Assembly: GCA_002269645.1 (NCBI GenBank)
Contig: NIVC01000374.1
Coordinates: forward strand, 248,001 to 312,000
Length of the DNA: 64,000 nt
Direction of reading: 5' to 3'
DNA from: Macrostomum lignano
Lineage: Eukaryota
In this document: one piece after another, positions 51,301 to 64,000 of the stretch
Layout: each line of letters starts with the position of its first letter
Numbering within the stretch: the stretch's first letter is position 1
Program-made: the position numbers and the translations under genes
Notes under the pieces: model-generated
Database searches by the model: none
What the model saw: the letters and a program-made list of their open reading frames with translations, nothing else
Told to the model about the DNA's origin: nothing

Positions 51301-54143
51301 TAAAAGATGATATTAGGCCTATATTAGCCTTAGTCTTGGACCTACTTGTTATTATCCTAATAAAAACAAATTAAGCCTAAATATAAAATTCTAAAAGTTT
51401 ATTCTACATGACAAAATATGTTCTATCTTTTTTAATTTAAGTTTGGGCTTATATTAGCTTTTTTTAATTATGATTATAGCATCACAATTCAGTTCAGTCA
51501 ATTGCAAGGTTATTTATTTGCAAAAAATGTTTCCAAATTTTACTTGTAGGCCTAGCTAAGTGTATGGCCGCTAGGCAACTTCTATTTTTTATCCATGGCT
51601 AGCTAGCCTATGCATAATGCATAGTTTTATTGGCATGTCATGAGTCATACTTAGGAAGGTGTAAGCTACATTATAAATAGTGGAAAACTTTGGTGCAGAT
51701 AAATACAAAGTATGTAGAAATTTTGTCTAGGCCTAGGCTAGGTCTAGGAAATTTACTAAATTTAGTTAGTAATAAAGGAAATAAAATTAAAATATAAGTG
51801 ATGATAGCTAGTTATCAATATTACCCTTATCATACCTGGTTGCCTGCAAAAATGGTTGGGTTGTTAAAAGAATTGTTCATTGCATAATAAGTTAGGTAGG
51901 TACCATAGGTAGGTAGGTAAGTTAGAGTTTAGAGTTACAGGTAGAATGGTAGATAGATAATTCTTGGCTGAAATCTACAAGCAGTGTTGTGAAACACTTT
52001 TGCTTGTAGCCCGTAGCTTGTAGCTATTAAACTTTTAGCTTGTAGCTTGTAACTTGTAAATTATATGAAACACGCCCCTGGCCTACCCACCTGGCACCTA
52101 GACCTAGGTCTAGTTAGTTGTTTCTGAAATTGACTGTTATTAATTATTTTACGAACTATTATAGGCCAAAACTGCAAAAGAACCGTTAACAGAGTCATAT
52201 CAATTCATCGGGTTTAAGGAAGTAATACTAAGGTTTGTAGTATGGATTAGTCATCTAATCGTATTAGTACTAAACTATAGAAAGCAGTGCTCATTCATTT
52301 ACTCACCATAGTTAATTATTTCTCGCACAAAATAACGTATCAAAGTCAAGCAGCCAAAGTCAATACAATAAAGTATCTGCAGTTATATTATATATATAAT
52401 TTAACTTTAAATGAATATACCGTGACTGCTTTAAACGTCACGTTATCAAATGTTTTGTTTATCTGAATACTAATACAAAAAATTCTCCGGTTTACTAAGA
52501 ATGATAAACGGGCACAGTGGTCAAGGTTTTTTATTATAATCATAGCCCTTACAGGCTGATGCCTTGTACTACGTTTTGTGTCTTTGTCTTTGTTCTTACC
52601 GAAGACGTATAAGTAATCATACTTCGGCGACCTCACGCAAACTAGAAGTTTCTCTCACTTTCGTTGCATGTACAGCTAATTTAATACGCAGCTCGTACCT
52701 ACTTGCACTGTTCTGCGTTGACGTCTCGTACACGAGACGCGTAGAGCTATAATTATGTCAGACTATGCGAGCAATTTCAAATTTACGTATCAGAGAAGCT
52801 TCTTTTCTAAATTAAGGAATGCATTTTGATGCATGATCATATTTGTACCAATTTGCCTTAAATGTGCATGAATATAAAAATCCAAATTTTATCTCCAATA
52901 TTTCTTGTCACACTAATAAAATTAAAAAAAAACAGAAATAAGTTATTTTAGAACGTTTAGCACGCACCTGATTTGTTTTATTATATTTCAAATTCATTGT
53001 ACCGCGTTTTAAGGAATACAACTCCCAGAACAATTTTTAAGACAAAAAGCGGCAAAGTAAAAATGTCGCTACAGATAAGAGATGGTCACATGTCTGTTTA
53101 AGTCGGTACAGCCTGATTCTCCAAAATATGATTAAAACTTAGTTGCATTATCAGAGCTACGAGCTACCTACAAGAGAACAAAATGCCATTCTCTCGATGT
53201 TGCTAGCACGTGAATCCGAGATTAATGCACTAATAATGGGACAGGTTGCATAGAAACCGCTGAGCAGTAAGTATCATGCACAATGTCTCGCAAATTTATT
53301 AAATATACATTGAGCAGACAACTAGCTGTTAGAAGATTTTATTAGAAGTTTCATTTTAAAAAAACAAGATTCGCGCCGAGTCGAGATGCGGACAAAAAGA
53401 TGACAGCGAAAAAAGACGAATACCAAAGCAATAGGCTCGCATTTATCCACTCTGAATAGATAGAGACATCGAGAAGCTAATCCTCTTACGAAATGCAAAG
53501 CGCTGACGGGGTACACACAATTATTTTTGGACTTTATAGATCCTTTTTATTAAAAATGTTTACCCATAGAATTGTTTTGATAGGACATGTTAATTGAGAA
53601 GTTTTCTAGCTTAATAGTGCCTAACACTATGCTACTTTCGAGTAATAATTGAAGTATAGGAAACCTTATTTATTTTGTACGGCTAAATCTCGTTGCCCAA
53701 CGGAAAAATAGTACTGAAAAACTAGGAAAAAACAGCTAGCATCTAGAAAAACACAATCCAGAGCAAAACAGATTTTAACTTGAAAAATTGAAAGTAAAAA
53801 ATCTGGAATCAAAATAGCATACCGCCAGTACGTACTTAGTTACAGAAGAAAATACCAACATTCCACAATTACAAACTTGAATAGACATGGCATAACAACT
53901 CAAATTTAATCAAAACAGTGCATGCTATTTTACGAAACTTGATGTTCGTAACACAATTTACGAGTATCTGAACATTCCATCACATATGTTTCTATTTGAG
54001 TTTAAAATAGTTGCTTCTTTTGAATAATTATATTAAGGTAATTCAAATCGTCCACTGCGCACGACTACTAGTAGGCTAGTAGGGCAGCGAAACCATGCTA
54101 TAATTACACAATAAATCATTCAATCAATATTACTGAAGATTAG

Positions 54144-54146
<3 letters not shown>

Positions 54147-54237
<91 letters not shown>
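54147..54237. repeat. (GACA)n microsatellite
   Basis: Direct inspection. Confidence 0.95.
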
Positions 54238-54384
54238 CAAAGACACTAAGACAGGCTGGCAGACAGAATAGGCACATCTACAGACAGACAGACACTAAAA
54301 CAGGCTGGCAGTACAATAGGCACAGCTAGAGACAGACAGACAGGCTGGCAGACAGAATAGGCACAGCTAAAGGTCAAAAGCAGC

Positions 54385-57300
54385 TCAGCTAGGCGCGTGA
54401 TGCATCTGCTTGCTCCTGTTCAGCTTCATGTGACTGGCCACCAGTTCCTGATTGGCCAGAGCCGCTAGCAGGGAGATCTCGGCGCACAGGACGCCGGCGC
54501 AGATCACCTGTGCCAGACAGGCGGCCGGCTGGTCCTCTGGCAGGCCAACCAGCCGCAGGCAGGCCCGCTGAGTTGGCAGATGCGTGCCGCCGCCAACTAC
54601 GCCAACCTCCAGACAGGGCATGGTGACGCTGGCGTACAGATCTCCGCTGCCATCGTCCAATACTTCTAAACAGGTGATGGCCTGGCTAGCCTCAACCACC
54701 TGGGCCGGGTCCTGGCCGCAGGCGATGAACACGGCGGCTGCCAGGTTGGCTGCGTGGGCGTTGAATCCGCCGACTGTGCCAGCCAATGAGCTGCCCTCCA
54801 GATTTTTGGCTTGGTTCAAAGCCACCAGGCTGGCTGGTGAGACGCGAAGTGTTGATCGGACTAGAGACTCGGGTAGGCGAGTCTGCGGTCAGTTAACGAG
54901 TTTATTAGTAATTTAAATTATTGAAGTCTACAATAGTAAGACATTAATCTTTTAGGCTTTTCTGAATGTTTCCAAATGCCAATTCACACCGGAAATGAAT
55001 TCCTAGAAATTGCGCACCGGTTGTTTATAGGAATTTTGTATTTGATTTTCCTAGAAATATCACACCGAAAATTCTCAAAAATATTATACCGAAAAAAGTA
55101 CAACGGAAACTCTCAGAAGCCTCACACCGGAAATTCTTAGAAATATCACATCGGAAGTTTACAGAAATGTCACATCGGAAGTTTACAGGAATATCACCCC
55201 GGAAGTACACACAAATTTCACACCGGAAGTTTACAGGAATATCACCCCGGAAGTACACACAAATTTCACACCGGAAGTTTACAGGAATATCACACCGGAA
55301 TTTCACACAAATTCACACCGGAAGTTTTTTACAGAACATTTCACAGGAAGCTATCAGGAATATCATACCGGAAGCTGTTAGAAAAATCACACCGGAAATT
55401 CCAAGAAAACCCCAAACCATATAAAGCCCCCCCTACCCAAACCGGACTCACCTCGCACACAACGGACTTGCCCCTGCCCAAAATCCAATTGACAGCCGTT
55501 GGCTTCTTATCCGAGCAGGCGTTGCCGGACAGGCTGACTAGCCGGGCCTCTGGAAACCGGGACAGCAACGAGGAGACGGCGGCTTCGGCCCCCTTGGACA
55601 GCATGTTCATGCCCATTGCGTCGCCAGTCTCGGCGCAGTAGCGCAGATGAAGCCGACGGCCGGACAGAAAGCAGGCTAGCGAGCGTAGGCGGCAGTGACT
55701 CGAGGTGGCCTGAGATGAAACAAATTTTTTCATAGATTTTTACCTCAGCAAATTTCTAGTTTATCTGAACACCATCTGTAATCTGTCCAAATTACAGTAA
55801 AAAGTCGTTTCATAAATCCCATATTCCTAGAAATAGCGTTTTTACCTTCCCTATTCTAAAAAAGTATAATAATAAGAGCAGATGTGCAACCGACAGCTCA
55901 GCCGCAGCTATTGTGCGGCGCATCTGAAGGCTGCGTACGGCTGTTCAGTCCAAGGACTGGAGGGGGGTCGCCACACACAGCCTCAATTACCCCAGCTAAT
56001 GTTGGCACCCATTTTACAGCTGGGTGAACTGAAGGGCCACAGCTACGTCTCTCTGACCCATCAGTTACCCACAGCTACCATCATCTCTCTGACCCATCAG
56101 TGACCCACAGCTACCATCATCTCTCTGACCCATCAGTGACCCACAGCTATCATCTTCTCTCTGACTCATCAGTGACCCACAGATAACATCATCTCTCTGA
56201 CCCATCAGTGACCCACAGCTATCATCATCTCTCTGACTCATCAGTGACCCACAGATAACATCATCTCTCTGACCCATCAGTGACCCACAGCTACCATCAT
56301 CTCTGACCCATCAGTGACCCACAGCTACCATCATCTCTCTGACCCATCAGTGACCCACAGCTATCATCTTCTCTCTGACTCATCAGTGACCCACAGATAA
56401 CATCATCTCTCTGACCCATCAGTGACCCACAGCTATCATCATCTCTCTGACTCATCAGTGACCCACAGATAACATCATCTCTCTGACCCATCAGTGACCC
56501 ACAGCTACCATCATCTCTGACCCATCAGTGACCCACAGCTACCATCATCTCTCTGACCCATCAGTGACCCACAGCTATCATCTTCTCTCTGACTCATCAG
56601 TGACCCACAGCTACCATCATCTCTGACCCATCAGTGACCCACAGCTACCATCATCTCTCTGACCCATCAGTGACCCACAGCTACCATCATCTCTCTGACC
56701 CATCAGTGACCCACAGCTACCATCATCTTTCTGACCCATCAGTTACCCACAGCTACCATCATCTCTCTGACCCATCAGTGACCCACAGCTACCATCATCT
56801 CTGACCCATCAGTGACCCACAGCTACCATCATCTCTGACCCATCAGTGACCCACAACTACCATCATCTCTGACCCATCAGTGACCCACAACTACCATCAT
56901 CTCTGACCCATCAGTGACCCACAACTACCATCGTCTCTCTGATCCATCAGTTACCCACAGCTACCATCATCTCTCTGACCCATCAGTGACCCACAGCTAC
57001 CATCATCTCTGACCCATCAGTGACCCACAGCTACCATCATCTCTGACCCATCAGTGACCCACAACTACCATCATCTCTGACCCATCAGTGACCCACAACT
57101 ACCATCATCTCTGACCCATCAGTGACCCACAACTACCATCGTCTCTCTGACCCATCAGTTACCCACAGCTACCATCATCTCTCTGACCCATCAGTGACCC
57201 ACAGCTACCATCATCTCTGACCCATCAGTGACCCACAGCTACCATAACCTCTGACCCATCAGTGACCCATAGCTACCATCATCTCTGATCCATCAGTGAC

Positions 57301-60300
57301 CCACAGCTACCATCATCTCTCTGAGCACTGAAGCAATGCAATGTTAAGTGTCTTGCTCAAGGACACAAATTGTTCCAGTCGGATCAGGAATCGAACCCCC
57401 AACCTTTAAGTCGTGTGTCCGACTCTCTAACCACTAGGCTACAACCCCATAGTACGAAACTGCAACTCTCAACTTCTTAAACTTCTACATATTCTTAGAA
57501 AATACGGCAGCACTCTGGCGCAACGCATTCAACGGCATCGTCCCGCAACACCAGCGCTCGTACAGGGTGTACACCGGTCCTTTGACTTTCTAATTCTGTC
57601 AGGCATGTACATACTAGCTACAAACCTCAAAGGCGCTGGCGGCCAGGGTCTGCCCGGCCTCGGATTCGGCAAACTGCATACACCGGACAGCCTGTACAGC
57701 GCTGGGAAACTCCAGCAATGGAGCCCTGGTCATGCCGTCCCGGTACACGCTGGCCCGACAGCCGCCTGCGGCTCTGAGAACTGCACAGCCGCGATTCACC
57801 GAGGCCACCAGGCAGCCCTCCGTGGTGGCGAGAGGCAGCCGGTGCTCCATGCCGTTCACTAGCAGAGGCCCGACCAGTCCGAGTGGCAGCGTTGCCAAGC
57901 CGATCACCTCTTCGCAGCAGCGGCCGGTTACCTGAATTGAGTATATTTCAATATTAGATTGCTAATAGGTGCTTGCCTACTAACAAGTAGCCGGTAGAGA
58001 ATGCAAAGGGATTAATACGCGAGGGAATTTCGAGCTTTGGTGAAGATTCGAGCTTTGGTAAAGATTCGAGCCTTGGTGAAGATTCGAACTTTGGTAAAGA
58101 TTCGAGCCTAATTGAAGATTCGAGCTTTGGTAAAGATTCGAGCCTTGGTGAAGATTCGAACTTTGGTAAAGATTCGAGCCTTGGTGAAGATTCGAACTTT
58201 GGTAAAGATTCGAGCCTTGGTAAAGATTCGAACTTTGGTAAAGATTCGAGCCTAATTGAAGATTCGAGCTTTGGTAAAGATTCGAGCCTTGGTGAAGATT
58301 CGAACTTTGGTAAAGATTCGAGCCTAATTGAAGATTCGAGCTTTGGTAAAGATTCGAGCCTAATTGAAGATTCGAGCTTTGGTAAAGATTCGAACTTTGG
58401 TAAAGATTCGAACTTTGGTAAAGATTCGAACTTTGGTAAAGATTCGAACTTTGGTAAAGATTCGAGCTTTGGTGAAGATTCGAGCTTTGGTGAAGATTCG
58501 AGCTTTGGTAAAGATTCGAGCTCACACAGAGAAGAAAACATGAACAGCGTTTTATAGAACAAAAACAGCTTCATACAATTTCGAGCACACCTTGAACCAG
58601 ACAAGCACACTTGCTTCAATTTGAAATTTAGTGCTAAAAAACACTAAAAAACCGGTAGCCCACCTGTTTCCAATCGTAGTCCTGAAATGGTATGTGCGTC
58701 AACACGGTGCCAGCAGACACCAGGGTGCCAGCCAGGTGCAGCCGGCGTAGCTCCACAGCCCGATTCGGGCAGCCAGTCAGGCCCTCCAACTGTCGGGGCT
58801 TCACGTGTCCGGCCTGCATCAAGTTCAGATAGTCGGCGTTACTAAGGCAACCGGCAACGGATCCACCGTCTCGACGTAGAAGCTGAAGCGCCTCCTCTAG
58901 AGAGCGCTGGCGCTGAGCGGGAGCTGGAGCAGGCGCCGACAGCTGCTGGCGCAATTGAGTCTGGCGCGAGAATGGCGCCAAGCCACTGGAGGACGATTCC
59001 GAAAGAACCCGTTTGCGCCACTGCACCGGCTCTCTTGTTTCACCATTCGCGTCGCTTTCGCCGCCTCTGGCGCCAATACTGACATCGCCAGCTGCGCCAA
59101 TTAATTTGGCGCCAACTTTGTCGGCGCCAATATTAGCATCGGCGCTATTATCTATGGCGGCGCCAACTTTGACGGCGCCACCATCAGCCTTGGCGCTAAA
59201 AATAGCGCCACAATCGCCGGAATCAGGCTGAGAAGCAGCTGGATGCTGTTCGCAGACGGCAAATTGAATGCACAAATAGATGCAATACGGCAATGCTAGG
59301 CACAGATCCCAAGCAGGAGAAGCCAGCCAAGAGCACAGGCGGCCAATAAGATTGTCGCTACCAACGGAAGAGGCCGCGCCTCCGCCTAGCGACTGCAACA
59401 GCAGCACCCCGGCAACCATCATGGCTTTGATCTCCTGCTTCCTACTGCCATAGTACTGATAGTAGTAACTGGCAGCGGCGTCTACGAATTTCGGCCGCAT
59501 GCCTGGCGGCCCGCTGCTGGCCAACCTGACCAGATAACCGGGTAGCAGGACAAGGTGCAAGCAGGCGCAGGTAATTAACGTCAGGGCCATTGTGTGACAA
59601 ACTTGGCGCAGTTCGGGAGATAGATTGGCCGCCACTCGGCCGCCAATAAAAAATCCGGCACCTTTGATAGCGTAGCCAGTTGCCATGGAGAGGACTGGAA
59701 CGGCGATTGCCTGTCAATCAGTTAATTAAAAAATAAATTACTGCATGTAAATAAAAATGGTGAAATAAAAGTACAACACGCACTTTCAGTTCATGACTTC
59801 TTAATGTATATCTAGGAGAGAGAAACTGCGGAGTCATAGAGTAGCCATGTGCATCAAAGGGAGAGAGAGAAACCGCGGAGTCATAGAGTGGCCAATGTAC
59901 ATCAAAGGGAGAGAGAGAAACTGCAAAGTCATAGAGTGGCCAATGTACATCAAAGAGAGAGAGAGAAACTGCAAAGTCATAGAGTGGCCAATGTACATCA
60001 AAGGGAGAGAGAGAAACCGCGGAGTCATAGAGTGGCCAATGTACATCAAAGGGAGAGAGAGAAACTGCAAAGTCATAGAGTGGCCAATGTACATCAAAGG
60101 GAGAGAGAGAAACTGCAGAGTCATAGAGTGGCCAATGTACATCAAAGGGAGAGAGAGAAACTGCAGAGTCATAGTGGCCAATGTACATCAAAGGGAGAGA
60201 GAGAAACTGCAGAGTCATAGAGTGGTCAATGTACATCAAAGGGAGAGAGAGAAACTGCAAAGTCATAGAGTGGCCAATGTACATCAAAGAGAGAGAGAGA

Positions 60301-61262
60301 AACTGCAAAGTCATAGAGTGGCCAATGTACATCAAAGGGAGAGAGAGAAACCGCGGAGTCATAGAGTGGCCAATGTACATCAAAGGGAGAGAGAGAAACT
60401 GCAAAGTCATAGAGTGGCCAATGTACATCAAAGGGAGAGAGAGAAACTGCAAAGTCATAGAGTGGCCAATGTACATCAAAGGGAGAGAGAGAAACTGCAG
60501 AGTCATAGTGGCCAATGTACATCAAAGGGAGAGAGAGAAACTGCAGAGTCATAGAGTGGTCAATGTACATCAAAGGGAGAGAGAGAAACTGCAGAGTCAT
60601 AGAGTGGCCAATGTACATCAAAGGGAGAGAGAGGGAGTCCCAAACTCGGCAATAATCAAGCAACGAACCTTATCTAGTCGACTATAACCTGAATCCTTGT
60701 CCTCAGCATCAGATGTTCCAACAGCTGCGGCAGAAGCGGCAGCCCGAAACAAACAATTCAAATCCAACAGTAGCACATAATAGGCCGCTAGCTCAGTCGG
60801 TCTACACAAATAATTCGAATTAGACGATTCAGTAGAACTGCTGTTATTAATCCAAGGCAAGGCCAGACGCAGGCAGAACAGCGGACAGCAGGCCATCGTC
60901 AAAACAGCCGCCGGGCCAATCCAACGATTGGCGCCCAGCCGACTCAGCCGACAACAGGCCTCATATAAGCGAGCCAGAGCAATGAGCTTTAAACAGCCAA
61001 CAAGGAACATCTTTGCGGCATCTGCGGAGTCGTCAGATTTAGCAGCAATCAAACTGGTTGAGCTGGCCACGCTGAATAAAAAAGCTGCTAGGCAGATGAG
61101 CGCCGAGATAGAACCCACCCGCGTCAGCTCTGAGGCGTGTCGGCGCCAAAATGGACCGGCGCGACGCGCTAAAATTACTGAGAAAGCGCTGACGCGATCA
61201 TCCCTATGATTGGTTGATACCTGCGCTGCCGGCTGATTTATCGGCGATGCGAATTTAAGCAT
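54385..61262 (-). CDS. HMGCR: 3-hydroxy-3-methylglutaryl-CoA reductase (class I, membrane-anchored). Exons: 61262-60669, 59710-58664, 57931-57626, 55709-55452, 54882-54385
   Basis: Catalytic motifs PLATTEGCLVAS, DGMTRAP, TGDAMGMNMLSKG, SGNACSDKK, GGFNAHAAN, GQDPAQ, GVVGGGT and C-terminal SHMKLNRSK (catalytic His plus the Ser equivalent to the AMPK site). Hydrophobic N-terminal exons. Phase-0 GT-AG introns. The start codon is uncertain. Confidence 0.95.
55020..55395. repeat. ~24-bp degenerate repeat CACACCGGAAGTTTACAGGAATAT
   Basis: Direct inspection; HMGCR intron 4. Confidence 0.85.
55865..57448 (-). mobile_element. Second copy of the same SINE, split by a 1.3-kb minisatellite (HMGCR intron 3)
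   Basis: Head GGGGTTGTAGCCTAGTGGTTAGAG...GGTTCGATTCC at 57448-57385; body at 55907-56034 matches 6714-6842. Confidence 0.82.
56035..57326. repeat. 34/36-bp minisatellite CCACAGCTACCATCATCTCTCTGACCCATCAGTGAC inside SINE copy 2
   Basis: Direct inspection; flanked by ACTGAAG on both sides. Confidence 0.95.
58030..58520. repeat. 18-bp minisatellite TTTGGTAAAGATTCGAGC
   Basis: Direct inspection; HMGCR intron 2. Confidence 0.93.
59820..60635. repeat. 48-bp minisatellite ATAGAGTGGCCAATGTACATCAAAGGGAGAGAGAGAAACTGCAAAGTC
   Basis: Direct inspection; HMGCR intron 1. Confidence 0.95.
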
Positions 61263-61369
61263 AGCTGTGTCCTGTGCCACAGTGCGTCCGTTGATAATAT
61301 CTGCATGAAATGGGATTCAAAATGAATAGTCACGGCAATCTGCATGGCTTAAAGCTCTAACGAACTATC

Positions 61370-61950
<581 letters not shown>

Positions 61951-62443
61951 AGAAGATTCCCCTATATACTGTCTATATGAAGTCACAAAAAGAAAGGAAG
62001 TCGATAAGTGTAGTAGACCTTGCAATCATGAAACAGAAATAGCAGATAATTTAATCGCTATTTACTATATGGACAGTGGGGTTACATTGTAGCAGGAGTA
62101 TACATACGACTTGAGACTTATTTAACTGGTTGTAGTTTGCGCACGTAAGTTCGGAGTAAACACACATTTAAAGGCCTATAACTTCAAAGCAAAATTGTGT
62201 TTTGTTGTTGAAGAAGCACAGACACTAGATGACACCAAAGGTCATCAGTGGAAACTGAATGCATAGTTAGGGCATACGAAGAAATACAAACAATTATTAA
62301 ACGATGTCCTTATTTCTACTCCCCTCTTTGCGTATATTTGTTACTAAAAAAACACTTGAAGAAACACAGAGTACCAGTTGACCATTGTAGCTCGTATAGA
62401 ATCGGGGCTGCTTAAAGCCCGCGAGATTTGAGCACGCTGTCTG

Positions 62444-62451
62444 CTTTTATA
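62444..62451 (-). promoter_or_regulatory. Candidate TATA box (TATAAAAG) upstream of HMGCR
   Basis: Consensus match about 1.2 kb upstream of the ATG, with a possible UTR-intron donor GTATGT at 62107 and acceptor at 61301; motif evidence only. Confidence 0.25.
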
Positions 62452-62461
62452 TCATATCTGA

Positions 62462-63422
62462 GTATCTGGGAGGCTGGCCCAGCAACTGGGGATCTGGGAG
62501 GGCGATGGCCCAGCAACTGAGGATCTGGGAGGCTGGCCTAGCAACTGAGGATCTGGGAGGCTGGCTCAGCAACTGAGGATCTGGGAGGCTGGCCTAGCAA
62601 CTGATGATCTGGGAGGCTGGCTCAGCAACTGAGGATCTGGGAGGCTGGCTTAGCAACTGAGGATCTCGGAGGCTGGCCCAGCAACTGAGGATCTGAGAGG
62701 CTGGATCAGCAACTGAGGATCTGGGAGGCTGGCTCAGCAACTGAGGATCTGGGAGGCTGGCCCAGCAACTGAGGATCTGGGAGGCTGGCCTAGCAACTGA
62801 GGATCTGGGAGGCTGGATCAGCAACTAAGGATCTGGGAGGCTGGCCCAGCAACTGAGGATCTGGGAGGCTGGCCCAGCAACTGAGGATCTGGGAGGCTGG
62901 CCTAGCAACTGAGGATCTGGGAGGCTGGATCAGCAACTAAGGATCTGGGAGGCTGGCCCAGCAACTGAGGATCTGGGAGGCTGGCCCAGCAACTGAGGAT
63001 CTGGGAGGCTGGCCCAGCAACTGAGGATCTGGGAGGCTGGCCCAGCAACTGAGGATCTGGGAGGCTGGCCTAGCAACTGAGGATCTGGGAGGCTGGCTCA
63101 GCAACTGAGGATCTGGGAGGCTGGCCTAGCAACTGATGATCTGGGAGGCTGGCTCAGCAACTGAGGATCTGGGAGGCTGGCTTAGCAACTGAGGATCTCG
63201 GAGGCTGGCCCAGCAACTGAGGATCTGAGAGGCTGGATCAGCAACTGAGGATCTGGGAGGCTGGCTCAGCAACTGAGGATCTGGGAGGCTGGCCCAGCAA
63301 CTGAGGATCTGGGAGGCTGGCCTAGCAACTGAGGATCTGGGAGGCTGGATCAGCAACTAAGGATCTGGGAGGCTGGCCCAGCAACTGAGAATCTGGGAGG
63401 CTGGCTCAGCAACTGAGAATCT
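62462..63422. repeat. 28-bp minisatellite, same family as 23605-24090
   Basis: Direct inspection. Confidence 0.95.
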
Positions 63423-63541
63423 GTAAGGGTTTGAGGGTGCAGAGGCATTTTCGTAAAGCAAACATTCACATAGCTATCGTCCCTAAAAAGTACTTTTAAG
63501 TGCCCGGCCCAAGTCAAGCCAAAAGTGCATGCAGGCAAAAA

Positions 63542-63784
63542 TCAAACAGCCATTAGGCCGTCTCCGGCGCTGCCCCGCATCATCTCCTCCATAGCGGCGG
63601 CCGAGGTCACCCAGGCGGTCAGTTTCCGCTGCACCGAGGCCAGCTGATTCACGTCCAGCACCCTGGGCTGCACCCAGGTCACGTGAACCAGTTTGTCAAC
63701 TTCGTTGATTTTGCCGCGAATCAGGTCCAAGCTGAGAGCGCGCATGAGCAGGTATTCCACTTCTTCGACTGGAACCATGGTGGC
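63542..63784 (-). CDS. PSMD13: 26S proteasome non-ATPase regulatory subunit 13 (Rpn9), last coding exon; gene continues beyond the window
   Basis: EVEYLLMRALSLDLIRGKINEVDKLVHVTWVQPRVLD matches the PCI C-terminus of Rpn9/PSMD13; acceptor ccgcag at 63785 and TGA at 63542-63544. Confidence 0.9.
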   Translation of the reverse strand, partial: ATMVPVEEVEYLLMRALSLDLIRGKINEVDKLVHVTWVQPRVLDVNQLASVQRKLTAWVTSAAAMEEMMRGSAGDGLMAV

Positions 63785-63829
63785 CTGCGGACAGGAGCGT
63801 GGGAAATCATGAATTAGCGGTTGCAGAAA

Positions 63830-63835
63830 GACAGA

Positions 63836-63911
<76 letters not shown>

Positions 63912-63918
63912 GAGACAC

Positions 63919-63973
<55 letters not shown>

Positions 63974-64000
63974 CACAGACAGACAGACAGACGACAGACA
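63830..64000. repeat. (GCCA)n/(GACA)n microsatellite in PSMD13 intron
   Basis: Direct inspection. Confidence 0.95.

Noticed and set aside
52388-53516. Short ORFs between HMGCR and PSD
   Set aside because: AT-rich, with no homology recognised.
57954-60687. LESSPK and MTLQFLSLPLMYIGHS repeat ORFs as part of HMGCR
   Set aside because: HMGCR exons splice in phase around them; they are intronic minisatellites.

Overview
Eukaryotic (metazoan) genomic DNA with spliceosomal genes whose introns are full of minisatellites. The Ala/Gln-run coding style suggests a free-living flatworm such as Macrostomum; this is inference and was not verified. Five host genes could be assembled exon by exon with consistent GT-AG phases: a GLIS1/3-type zinc-finger gene (+), and on the minus strand a BRSK/SAD kinase, an EFA6/PSD Sec7-PH protein, HMG-CoA reductase and the last exon of PSMD13. 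The highlight is a young 4.36-kb Ngaro-type tyrosine-recombinase retrotransposon (13408-17769, minus strand) with split direct repeats A1-gag-RT/RH-YR-B1-A2-spacer-B2. The conserved N-termini of RT and YR have no ATG of their own, and the element carries two candidate solutions. (i) Recoding: gag and RT are in one frame separated only by UGA-CUA, and an in-phase U-UUU-UUA slippery heptamer sits where the YR frame opens in -1. (ii) Splicing: phase-1 GTGAGT donors follow a SAP+coiled-coil module of gag, and phase-1 acceptors lie directly before RT and before YR. Also found: a solo LTR with a 5-bp TSD, two tRNA/CORE-like SINEs (one split by a 1.3-kb minisatellite flanked by a 7-bp duplication), a 75-bp tRNA-like tandem array, a Glu-to-Asp change at the Sec7 catalytic finger, and a CpG-depleted block. 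All coordinates were counted by hand and no database searches were run.
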